64,000 nt of DNA from Clostridia bacterium (GTDB taxonomy: Bacteria; Bacillota; Clostridia; Christensenellales; UBA1242). Below the pieces are notes generated by a model. The model searched no databases and was not told the origin of the DNA. It worked only from the letters and a program-made list of their open reading frames with translations. The stretch covers positions 42,052 through 106,051 of the forward strand of contig JAFQDL010000009.1 in NCBI GenBank assembly GCA_017399265.1, given 5' to 3'. The position numbers and the translations under genes were made by a program. Positions 52,000 to 60,940 of the stretch are shown here, piece by piece. Each line of letters opens with the position of its first letter. Within the stretch, counting starts at the first letter, position 1.

Positions 52000-54057
52000 A
52001 TGAGCCTAGAATATGAAAAGAAAAAGTACAAAGTCATTAAGGAAATGGTTGATGAGTACAAAAGAGAGTTGTTGCAAGGTCGAGAAATCGCGTTAGATAT
52101 GCCGATTGAGACGGATAATGGATTTAACGTTGAGAGAGAACGATTGCTAAACGATATTGATGAGAAGTTAGATATTTTGAAACGTCATGTTGAAGATCCA
52201 TACTTTGCGAAATTAATATTTAAAGATGAAGATGATGGTGAAGAATTCAAAGGATACATTGGACGACTTAGTATTGGAGAAATTAGCGATCCTACTGATA
52301 ATAAAGTAATTGACTGGCGAGCGCCGATATCTGACTTATATTATAACGGTCGCCTTGGTAAAAGTTCATACAAAGCTAACGGAAATACATACAATGTTGA
52401 TTTACAACTAAAACGCCAAATAGACATAAAGAACGACGAAGTAAAATCAATATTTGATTTCGAAAACACAATAAGTAGTGATGAATTTTTAAAACCATAT
52501 TTAACTCAGAGCGCAGACAATAGACTAAAAAATATTGTTGCAACCATTCAAGAAGAACAAGATAAAATAATTAGGCTTCCAATATTCTCTAATGTAGTAG
52601 TTCAAGGTGTGGCCGGTTCTGGTAAAACAACAGTGGCTTTGCATAGAATATCTTATTTGATGTATAACTACAAAAACCAGGTAAAGCCAGAAGAATACTT
52701 AATAATATCTCCTAACGAGATTTTTATGAGTTATATATCCACAATTCTTACAGATTTGGACGCGGATAAATCTAATAGTTTTTCTCTTAACAAAATGGCA
52801 GAAGATATTATAGGTAGTGATTACAAACGTTTATCCAAACATGCTCAATATAAACATTTGATAGATAAAAAGATTTCCACAAAGTATTTGAAATATAAAG
52901 GCAGTAAAGAATTTGCAAGATGTATAGACAAGTTCTTAACAGATTACAAGAAGAAAATTTGTACTAAAGATATCAAAGTAGATGGTGTAAAAATTCTTGA
53001 TGGAGAATATATATACAAATATTTTGAAAATGATTATGGTAATCCATTGGAAGTTGTGTTAGAACATGGTTGCAAAAAATTAGCATTAGCTATTGCGTAC
53101 GACCAAGAATTAAAAGATAATGTAGAAAAGAATTTAAATGAAGCAGATATCCCGTTAATGAAAAAATTCGCAATTAAAAGAAAGTGTGAAAAGGATAATA
53201 GTGGGTATTTAAAAAAGACAATCTCTACAACAATAAATCTAATGGAGTTGTATAAAGACTTTATAAATAATGTAGAAAAATATTCTAATTATGAAGAAAT
53301 ATCTATTTTAAAAAAGTATACTTTAGAGAATTTAAAGAAAAAAACTGTATCTCATGACGACTTGGCTTGCATATTATATATGTTATATAGAACTCAGCCA
53401 GCTCCTTATTATAACAAAATGAAATGCGTACTTATCGACGAAGCACAAGACTTAAGTGAACTTATGTATATGGCACTAAAGGGAGTTTTCTGCAATGCGA
53501 CGTTTGGTATATTTGGAGATATTGCGCAGGGTATATACGCTTATCAGAGTATTGATAGTTGGTCGCAGGTGTTAGATATATTAGATAATGCAGAAATGCT
53601 ATACTTAAAGAGAAGTTACAGAACTAGTATAGAAATAATGGAAGAAGCCAATAAGACTCTTGTGAAATTGGGTACAATTCCTGCTCAAAACGTAGTAAGA
53701 CATGGAGAGCCTGTTCAATATGTTCATACAAATGATATTAATACTATTTCAAATATATTAAAACAATGTAATTCTAAATTTGCCAATACTGCCATAATAT
53801 GTAAAGACGATTATGAATTACTAGAAGCGCAGGAAAAACTAGCCGACTTAAATCTAGCGGTAATTGATGAGAGTAATATTTCGTACGAAAACAATAAAAA
53901 TATTTTACTAACAGTGCAGACTGCAAAAGGTCTTGAATTTGATAGTGTAATTATTTATAACAAATCATCGTATACAGAAGATGTTGTAGATTTAAGGCTA
54001 TTATATGTAGCCCAAACAAGAGCGTTACATAAATTAGTGATATGTGATAATAAATAA
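52000..54057 (+). CDS. helD: HelD-like UvrD-family helicase (helicase IV / RNAP-recycling type)
   Basis: 685 aa. VQGVAGSGKTTVALHRISYLMY, LIDEAQD, RSYRTS, and C-terminal LYVAQTRALHKL. Confidence 0.8.
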   Translation: MSLEYEKKKYKVIKEMVDEYKRELLQGREIALDMPIETDNGFNVERERLLNDIDEKLDILKRHVEDPYFAKLIFKDEDDGEEFKGYIGRLSIGEISDPTDNKVIDWRAPISDLYYNGRLGKSSYKANGNTYNVDLQLKRQIDIKNDEVKSIFDFENTISSDEFLKPYLTQSADNRLKNIVATIQEEQDKIIRLPIFSNVVVQGVAGSGKTTVALHRISYLMYNYKNQVKPEEYLIISPNEIFMSYISTILTDLDADKSNSFSLNKMAEDIIGSDYKRLSKHAQYKHLIDKKISTKYLKYKGSKEFARCIDKFLTDYKKKICTKDIKVDGVKILDGEYIYKYFENDYGNPLEVVLEHGCKKLALAIAYDQELKDNVEKNLNEADIPLMKKFAIKRKCEKDNSGYLKKTISTTINLMELYKDFINNVEKYSNYEEISILKKYTLENLKKKTVSHDDLACILYMLYRTQPAPYYNKMKCVLIDEAQDLSELMYMALKGVFCNATFGIFGDIAQGIYAYQSIDSWSQVLDILDNAEMLYLKRSYRTSIEIMEEANKTLVKLGTIPAQNVVRHGEPVQYVHTNDINTISNILKQCNSKFANTAIICKDDYELLEAQEKLADLNLAVIDESNISYENNKNILLTVQTAKGLEFDSVIIYNKSSYTEDVVDLRLLYVAQTRALHKLVICDNK

Positions 54058-54166
54058 GAGTATTAAAAAATCTATTAGGATAGCGCTAATAGATTTTTTA
54101 ATAGAGTATACTAAAAATTTTAAAACTATCATGAGATATGATATGCTTCTTATATATTATCAGTGA

Positions 54167-54607
54167 TTAATGTTCTAATGAAATTTCTTTATCATCAAGG
54201 ATTTCGGACTCATAATCTTTTTGAGCTTGATTTTCTTTTAATTTTTTGATGGTTAAGCAATAATTGTTATAATCTTCCTTGTATTGTTGAGCAGAATATT
54301 TTTGGTCAAGGCTTGGATCGTTTTGTATTGTATCGTATATGTATTTAGCATATTCTTTCTGATATCTTTTAGTCATATGAATATAATTGACTACGCAAGC
54401 AAAAGGATAGAATTCTGCCTCGCCATATGATACGTGACCAATCTGATGATTCCAGATTCTGAAAGCGGCCTTGACGCAGTCGTCAGTGATATCTATATTT
54501 TTGATAGGTTTTATACTATAATTTTTATCATTTTGCACCAATGCTTGAGAAAGGAATTCAAAGCATTTGCCATGTGTTAAAATTTCTAAATAATTCTTAT
54601 CAATCAT
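54167..54607 (-). CDS. Hypothetical protein (downstream gene of an overlapping pair)
   Basis: 146-aa ORF whose start overlaps the upstream stop by 4 nt (ATGA). Confidence 0.5.
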   Translation of the reverse strand: MIDKNYLEILTHGKCFEFLSQALVQNDKNYSIKPIKNIDITDDCVKAAFRIWNHQIGHVSYGEAEFYPFACVVNYIHMTKRYQKEYAKYIYDTIQNDPSLDQKYSAQQYKEDYNNYCLTIKKLKENQAQKDYESEILDDKEISLEH

Positions 54608-54960
54608 AAACTTGCCTCTTCTTTTTCAGTAAAAACAAGACCATGATCCTTTAGGTATGAGATTTGTTCTTCTTGTGACATTGAACCGAATTTTTCTTTA
54701 AAAGCAGCGACTATTTTATTTTCAGAATCAGGATTGTTTTGTTGTGTTATTCTAGATTCATAGATTCCTTCGTCAACATATTTTACCATTCCATTATTTA
54801 ACGTCTCATCTAAAGCGCTGTATGCCAAAGCTATGATTTGAGCTTTAGTATAATGGTCTGGACAATAATCGAAAGCTAAATTTCTCGCTTTTTCTAAACC
54901 GAACTGTCCTTCTTCTAATACCAATGCTCTGTATACTTTTGAATAAATATCTTTATACAT
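54604..54960 (-). CDS. Hypothetical protein (upstream gene of an overlapping pair)
   Basis: 118-aa ORF preceded by RBS GGAGG. Confidence 0.5.
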   Translation of the reverse strand: MYKDIYSKVYRALVLEEGQFGLEKARNLAFDYCPDHYTKAQIIALAYSALDETLNNGMVKYVDEGIYESRITQQNNPDSENKIVAAFKEKFGSMSQEEQISYLKDHGLVFTEKEEASL

Positions 54961-55208
54961 TAAGTTTTACCTCCGATATAATTTGTGCTCATATTGTATC
55001 ATATTGAATTTTGAATTTCAATACCTAAATAAAAAATTTATTTCCATATAAGAAAATGCAAAGATTTAATTAAGGCACTTATGTCCATTATTGAAACGTT
55101 TATTAATAACTTATCTAACGATAAGAAAGATATATATAAAGAAATTTCCCCCACAGACTATCTGGTATGATAGAATAAAAAAGCATCTTCAAAAAAGATA
55201 CTTTATTT

Positions 55209-55473
55209 TTGTGTCGACGGCGGGACTTGGCTGGAGCGAAGCGTAAGTGACGGGCAGGGTACCCGGCTACAGAGCATGGAATGCGGGTGAAAGTCCTATT
55301 GAATAAAAAAAAGTATCTAAGATTAAGATACTTAAAAATATTGGTGCCGAAGGCGGGACTTGGCTGGAGCATAGCGTAAGTGCCGGGCAGGGTACCCGGC
55401 TACAGAGCATGGAATGCGGGTGAAAGTCCTATTGAATAAAAAAAGTATCTATGATTAAGATACTTAAAAATAT
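55209..55473 (-). repeat. 2 tandem units (133 + 132 bp) downstream of tRNA-Leu. Each has a terminator hairpin, GC-rich hairpins and a copy of tRNA nt C56-CCA.
   Basis: Proximal unit 55342-55473 starts on the plus strand with tggtgccgaaggcgggacttg, identical to 55474-55494 of the tRNA. Distal unit 55209-55341 has a partly decayed copy (ttgtgtcgacggcgggacttg). Confidence 0.95.
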
Positions 55474-55555
55474 TGGTGCCGAAGGCGGGACTTGAACCCG
55501 CATGGTTTCCCGCACGATTTTGAGTCGTGTGCGTCTGCCATTCCGCCACTTCGGC
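55474..55555 (-). tRNA. tRNA-Leu (anticodon CAA), long variable arm, CCA encoded
   Basis: Reverse complement GCCGAAGTGGCGGAATGGCAGACGCACACGACTCAAAATCGTGCGGGAAACCATGCGGGTTCAAGTCCCGCCTTCGGCACCA. 82-nt class II cloverleaf. Confidence 0.92.
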
Positions 55556-55915
55556 ATGATATATAGAAAATGTAAATCAAATAATATTATGTGCAGCATA
55601 GCCAAATGGAATGGCAGACCTGCACGAGCCGAGCGAAGCGAACGCCATTCTGGAAGAATATTCCGCCACTTCGGCATGATATATAGAAAATGTAAATCAA
55701 ATAATATTATGTGAGGCATAGCCAAATGGAATGGCAGACCTGCACGAGCCGAGCGAAGCGAACGCCATTCTGAAAGAATATTCCGCCACTTCGGCATGAT
55801 ATATAGAAAATGTAAATCAAATAATATTGTGTGCAGCATAGCCAAATGGAATGGCAGACCTGCACGAGCCGAGCGAAGCGAATGCCATTCTGAAAGAATA
55901 TTCCACCACTTCGGC
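55556..55915 (-). repeat. 3 x 120-bp tandem units upstream of tRNA-Leu. Each has an AT-rich leader, tRNA nt 1-16 and a GC-rich hairpin holding an inverted, diverged copy of the tRNA 5' end.
   Basis: ttccgccacttcggc recurs ending at 55555 (true tRNA), 55675, 55795 and 55915 (ttccaccacttcggc). Period is exactly 120 bp and the copies differ at only a few positions (4 to 7 per pair). Confidence 0.95.
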
Positions 55916-56131
55916 ATGATATATGAGTTTACTTTTTTTTTACAATTACAAAAAAACTAATTTTTTTAAACTGCAAAAGCATTGTATCACATTATGTAAA
56001 GAAATTGCAACAATTTTTTCACAAATTTACTAACATTTTATTTGCGGGCAGCAAAATGTTTTGTCTTTAGTGTTAAAAATTTGTATAATATTAATGTATT
56101 ACATTAATAAATACAAGAAAGGAGAAAAAAT

Positions 56132-56848
56132 ATGGATATAAAAATTGCATTTATTTTATCTGTTGTGTTATGTGTATTATTTACCGCTTTGTTCATCTTT
56201 GTAAGAAGTAAAGGTGCTAGCCCAAAATCTTTAATTGCAAAGACTGTAGCGAGTTTTTGTTTTGTTCTTTGCTGCCTTATATCTTTAACGTACTCAGGGA
56301 TAATTAATGGTGCATATATGTGCATAATTGCAGGACTTGTGTGTGGACTAATTGGTGATATTTTATTGGAGGCTAAAGTAATATACGTTCAAGATTCAGA
56401 CATATATTTAAATGAGGGTTTTGGATCTTTCGCCTGTGGTCACGTGTTTTATATATTTGCATTGATCGATATGGCGACAAATTGCGGAATTGATTGTATT
56501 ATGCCAATCCTTGTTGCTATCGGCGGAGGGTTGCTTTTAACAATTGGATCATATTTTTCATCAACTAAACTTTTAAAACAAGATTTCGGAAAACACAAAA
56601 TTGCTACAATCGCGTACACTTTCATTTTAACAGGCATTACAGTATTTGCTATAGTTCTTGCGATCATGAATACAATGTTCATTAGCTTTGCAATTGGTTT
56701 AATTTTCTTCCTTGTATCCGACTTAATTCTTTCTATGCAATACTTTGGAGGAAAAGCAAATAACAATACTTTACAAATTTTAAATCACTCAACCTATTAT
56801 CTTGCTCAAATTTTAATTGCGAGCACAGTATTTATTCAATTATTATAA
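56132..56848 (+). CDS. YhhN-family (lysoplasmalogenase-like) membrane protein
   Basis: 238 aa, multi-pass. GLIGDILLE and VSDLILS motifs typical of YhhN/TMEM86. Confidence 0.7.
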   Translation: MDIKIAFILSVVLCVLFTALFIFVRSKGASPKSLIAKTVASFCFVLCCLISLTYSGIINGAYMCIIAGLVCGLIGDILLEAKVIYVQDSDIYLNEGFGSFACGHVFYIFALIDMATNCGIDCIMPILVAIGGGLLLTIGSYFSSTKLLKQDFGKHKIATIAYTFILTGITVFAIVLAIMNTMFISFAIGLIFFLVSDLILSMQYFGGKANNNTLQILNHSTYYLAQILIASTVFIQLL

Positions 56849-56869
56849 TTTTACTATTAAGGACACGCT

Positions 56870-57430
56870 ATGAGAAGAAAACCTGTTAACTATCTATTAG
56901 TCACTATATGTTTACTATTAGCATTATCTGTAATTGCTACTTTAATTTTACCTATATTCCAAGTTAGAATAATCGAGGGCGGTGTGCAAGGAGAATACGT
57001 TTCTGCAAACGGCCTTCAAGTTATTCAAGCATTATTTTCAAAGCCGGCAGATTTTGCGGCCGAGTCACAAGTAATGAAAAATCTTTATGTTTTATTTGGT
57101 AAAGGTGAATATGGACTGCTTCAGTATGTGCACCCTGTATATATGTTTATTGCGGGTTATTCATATGTAGCAATAGAGGCAATCGCGACAATTTTGATAA
57201 TATTATGTATTTTTAATTATTTTGGTTATAGATTTTCTGTAACAAATGTTTTGTGTGGCCTTATTATAATGCTTGCAGGGATTTTATTAATAGTATGTTT
57301 AGTGTTGCATTCTAACGATGCAATAAATAATGTTGTTGTGACATATAGTATAAAACAATATTTTGGTGGCATATATCTACCGATTGCAGGTTTCTTGTAT
57401 ATGATGTTTGCACCAAAGAAAAGAGCGTAA
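56870..57430 (+). CDS. Integral membrane protein, unknown function
   Basis: 186 aa with about 4 hydrophobic helices. Confidence 0.55.
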   Translation: MRRKPVNYLLVTICLLLALSVIATLILPIFQVRIIEGGVQGEYVSANGLQVIQALFSKPADFAAESQVMKNLYVLFGKGEYGLLQYVHPVYMFIAGYSYVAIEAIATILIILCIFNYFGYRFSVTNVLCGLIIMLAGILLIVCLVLHSNDAINNVVVTYSIKQYFGGIYLPIAGFLYMMFAPKKRA

Positions 57431-57439
57431 GGGAAAATA

Positions 57440-58558
57440 ATGAAAAAAGTTTTAATCTTAACAGTTTCTAATGGGGACAACTATAACATGGCAGCCAGAG
57501 CCATAGCTAACGGCTTTGCCACTAGATATTCCAGTGTCTCTTTTAAGATCTTAGATATTTTTAAAATTAATAAATCAGTTGAATTCAACTTTGCAGGGGA
57601 ATCAACACTTGCCGAAAAATATGCACACAAACTAGAAAATGATAGATATATAAAAGCTAAGCATGCCCACACAATCTCACAAAAGAAAAAAATAGTTGAA
57701 AAATATATTTCTGTTGCTAGGCCATATATAGAGAGAATGGTAAAATCATATGAACCTGATATAATTATAAGTACTCATTTATTTGCAGCGATATTGTCTT
57801 CAGAAATAAAAGAGCAAAGGAATGATATTAAAACGGTATATGTATCTGCTGATTTTACAGCCCCTCCATGTTTGGAGCTTGCAAACAATTTGGACTTATA
57901 TATAGTCAGCTCTAAAAATATGGCAAAAGAGTTTGTAAAAACGGGTATAAAAAAAGACAAGTGTCATGTTTTAGGAATTCCATTAGTCGCAAAATTCGAT
58001 AAACATAGTTCTAGAAATGAAGCGCGAGAATTGTTGCACTTAGACGAAGATAAATTTACAATTTTACTAACTAATGGGACGAAACAACGGGACAATAATT
58101 TTATGTTATTTAAAGTTATTGCAAACAAGTTTAAAGATTCGGATATAATAGCTGTATGCAATAAAAATATCAAATTACAATCCAAAATAAAAAAATATAT
58201 CAAGTCCAAAAATTTAAAGAATGTGAAAGTTTATGGGCATACGAATAATATTGATATTCTTATTGCTGCATCTGATGTGGTATTAGGAAAGACTAGCGGT
58301 GTTGAGGTGAGTGAGGCGATGGCTATACACGTGCCATACGTAGCCACCTTAAAAATGAGTGGTCAAGAACTAGATAATATGAAATTCTTAAAGGCGGAGC
58401 ATTTGCTTATTAACGCAAGGACGTTGCAATCGTTAGTTTCTAGATTACAAGAATTCAAAGAAAGTAAAAAAATACAAAAATCATATGTGGACAAAATTAC
58501 TAAATTTTATCATCCATATACTACCGATGAATTGGTTAAATTAATTTTTCATATGTAA
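57440..58558 (+). CDS. Glycosyltransferase, MGDG-synthase/UgtP-like (GT28) family (tentative)
   Basis: 372 aa. N-terminus VLILTVSNGDNYNMAARAI and C-terminus GKTSGVEVSEAM resemble diacylglycerol glycosyltransferases. Confidence 0.5.
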   Translation: MKKVLILTVSNGDNYNMAARAIANGFATRYSSVSFKILDIFKINKSVEFNFAGESTLAEKYAHKLENDRYIKAKHAHTISQKKKIVEKYISVARPYIERMVKSYEPDIIISTHLFAAILSSEIKEQRNDIKTVYVSADFTAPPCLELANNLDLYIVSSKNMAKEFVKTGIKKDKCHVLGIPLVAKFDKHSSRNEARELLHLDEDKFTILLTNGTKQRDNNFMLFKVIANKFKDSDIIAVCNKNIKLQSKIKKYIKSKNLKNVKVYGHTNNIDILIAASDVVLGKTSGVEVSEAMAIHVPYVATLKMSGQELDNMKFLKAEHLLINARTLQSLVSRLQEFKESKKIQKSYVDKITKFYHPYTTDELVKLIFHM

Positions 58559-58568
58559 AAGGGTTTAA

Positions 58569-59495
58569 ATGAAATATATCGACTTATACAAAAAGTCTAA
58601 TATCTGTAAAATACTAACAAGGGACATGGAGAAAAAAACACTTTCGCATGCGTATATGTTAGTATTACCAGACGAAGTTTTGGCACGAGAGTATGCCAAA
58701 CTTTTTGTTATGCAGTTGTATTGTACAAGTATTAATAAGCCGTGTGGGGAGTGTAATAATTGTAGAAAAATATCACATGACAATTTTACAGATGTACATT
58801 TTTATCCAAAGAATGAGAGATTAACTGTAGAGGAGTCGAGGCAAATAGTAACAGATAGCTTTGTATTGCCATACGAGAATAGCAAAAAAATATTCGTTAT
58901 AAGCAATTTTGAGAAATCTACCCCGCAAAGCCAGAATGCGTTATTAAAAGTATTAGAAGAGCCAACAGACTCAAACGTGTTTTTTATAATTTCAGATAAT
59001 ACTACACAAGTTCTAAACACTATACTTTCTAGAGTAAAAAAAGTCGTAGAGTCGCAGTTAAGTAGTAGTGATCTAGAAAATTATGTAAATTGTGAAAATG
59101 TGGATAAAACGATTTTGAATTTAGCACAAGGCAACTTGACTAAAGCTTTAAAAATGACAACCAATCCAAAGTATAGAGGATTAGTCTCTGATTTAGAAGT
59201 TTTAGTGGATAGATTGAGTTCTAGTAGTGATGTTTTGAAATTTGCTCACATGCTTAATACATATAAAGATAATTTTAATGAGGTGTTAGACATTCTGATG
59301 CAAATATATTTAAATAAAAAAATCGAGCTGTGTTGTAGGGAGAACGATATTAGTAATTACAGCAAAGCTAGTATTACAAAAATTGCAAATTTGATAGTTG
59401 ATTGTAAAAACAAGTTAAAATTTAATTGTAATATTGTTGGAATAATTGATTATTTACTATTCGGTATATTGGAGGCAAAATACTTATGCAGATAG
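58569..59495 (+). CDS. holB: DNA polymerase III delta-prime subunit
   Basis: 308 aa. LSHAYML, Zn module CGECNNCRKI, LLKVLEEP, SRV. Conserved holB-yaaT order. Confidence 0.88.
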   Translation: MKYIDLYKKSNICKILTRDMEKKTLSHAYMLVLPDEVLAREYAKLFVMQLYCTSINKPCGECNNCRKISHDNFTDVHFYPKNERLTVEESRQIVTDSFVLPYENSKKIFVISNFEKSTPQSQNALLKVLEEPTDSNVFFIISDNTTQVLNTILSRVKKVVESQLSSSDLENYVNCENVDKTILNLAQGNLTKALKMTTNPKYRGLVSDLEVLVDRLSSSSDVLKFAHMLNTYKDNFNEVLDILMQIYLNKKIELCCRENDISNYSKASITKIANLIVDCKNKLKFNCNIVGIIDYLLFGILEAKYLCR

Positions 59496-60295
59496 CACAA
59501 ATAAAATTCAAGCAATCACAAAAGAATGTATTTATTGAAGTTGACGATTGCGTAAATATTAAAGATAAGATTGTTATTGAATTCGCAAAATCATTGCTTA
59601 TAGCTGATGTTTTGGCAATTGTTAACGATGGACAAATATCAGAAGATGTGAAGTTCGTTAGACGGGCTGATGAGGCTGATATTTCTAAGTATACGAAACT
59701 AAATGAGAGGGCCTGTGAAGTTAAAGATCTTGCAAAAAACTTAGCTCAAAAATATAATAGTGATATGAAAATTGTTGATGTGGAATTCACCCTAGATGGC
59801 AATAAGGTAATAATTAGTTTTGTTTGTGAAGATAGGGTGGATTTTAGAGACCTTGTAAAAGACTTAGCGGCTCAATTAAAGCTAAGGATTGAATTAAGAC
59901 AAATAGGTATTCGAGATCAGGCCAAATTAGTCGGTTGTATGGGCATCTGTGGTAAAGAATGTTGTTGTAGTCAATACTTAAACGATTTTGATAAAGTGTC
60001 TATAAAGATGGCAAAAAATCAAAATTTGTCATTAAACCCAACTAAGATAAGTGGCACTTGTGGTAGGTTAATGTGTTGCTTGTCGTACGAGAATGAAACG
60101 TATGTTGAACTGGCAAAGACCTGCCCAAAAATTAATGCTAAAGTACAGACTCCCGATGGTGATGGAACTGTTATATCAAATAATATACTAAAACAGACTT
60201 CGCTTTGTCGTATAGAGAAAGGTGACGATATCAAAGTTTCTGAATATTCTGTAAGTGATATAAAGGCAAAAAAGGATTATGATGATAGAAAATAA
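59486..60295 (+). CDS. ricT: PSP1-domain protein RicT/YaaT
   Basis: 269 aa. PSP1 C-terminal Cys cluster (CGKECCC...GTCGRLMCCL). Confidence 0.88.
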   Translation: MQIAQIKFKQSQKNVFIEVDDCVNIKDKIVIEFAKSLLIADVLAIVNDGQISEDVKFVRRADEADISKYTKLNERACEVKDLAKNLAQKYNSDMKIVDVEFTLDGNKVIISFVCEDRVDFRDLVKDLAAQLKLRIELRQIGIRDQAKLVGCMGICGKECCCSQYLNDFDKVSIKMAKNQNLSLNPTKISGTCGRLMCCLSYENETYVELAKTCPKINAKVQTPDGDGTVISNNILKQTSLCRIEKGDDIKVSEYSVSDIKAKKDYDDRK

Positions 60296-60932
60296 TCTTG
60301 TATTAGAAGACTTGCAATGTAAAGGTCTATTCATTTATCAAGGTAAAGATGGTTATAGGTTCACATCAGATGCCGTTGCTTTGGCAAATTACTTAACAGT
60401 TAAAAACAATGGAGTTTTAGTGGATTTGTGTAGTGGTAGCGGCGTAATAGGAATACTAGCCAATGCCAAAAATAGAATTAGTCAAGTATGGCTAGTTGAA
60501 CTGCAGTCAAATCTAGCACAAATGTCGCAAAAGTCTATAGAATACAACAAGCTACTTAATTTCAAAGTAGTAAACCAAAAGTTGCAGGAAATACATAAAG
60601 ACATAGGTGTTGCGATAGCGGATACTGTTGTATGTAATCCACCATATTTTACAAAAGACAATAAATTGAAATTAAATAGCGAACTTGCAATTGCAAGGAC
60701 GGAAATAGCAGTTACATTAGAAGAAATAATTGAAGAGGCGTCTAAACTTTTAAAACAAGGTGGCAAACTCTTTCTGTCTCACAAAGAAAGTAGATTGTGT
60801 GATATAATCTGCGACTGTAGAAAATATGGAATAGAACCAAAGGAAGTAAAAATTTTAAAATCAACTAAAGGCGAAAATGAAGTGTTGATTAAAGCGATTA
60901 AGGGAGGAAAGGTTGGATTTAAAATAACCTAG
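60279..60932 (+). CDS. SAM-dependent N6-adenine methyltransferase (TrmN6/YabB-like)
   Basis: 217 aa. DLCSGSGVIG and NPPYF motifs. Position equivalent to B. subtilis yabB. Confidence 0.75.
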   Translation: MMIENNLVLEDLQCKGLFIYQGKDGYRFTSDAVALANYLTVKNNGVLVDLCSGSGVIGILANAKNRISQVWLVELQSNLAQMSQKSIEYNKLLNFKVVNQKLQEIHKDIGVAIADTVVCNPPYFTKDNKLKLNSELAIARTEIAVTLEEIIEEASKLLKQGGKLFLSHKESRLCDIICDCRKYGIEPKEVKILKSTKGENEVLIKAIKGGKVGFKIT

Positions 60933-60940
60933 AATTAATT

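Noticed and set aside
55429-55917. 162-aa minus-strand ORF with an internally repeated peptide (MPKWRNILSEWRSLRSARAGLPFHLAM...)
   Set aside because: It is simply the translation of the 120-bp tandem units and runs through the tRNA-Leu gene itself. It has no RBS, and its periodicity equals the DNA repeat. I treat it as an artefact of the repeat array.
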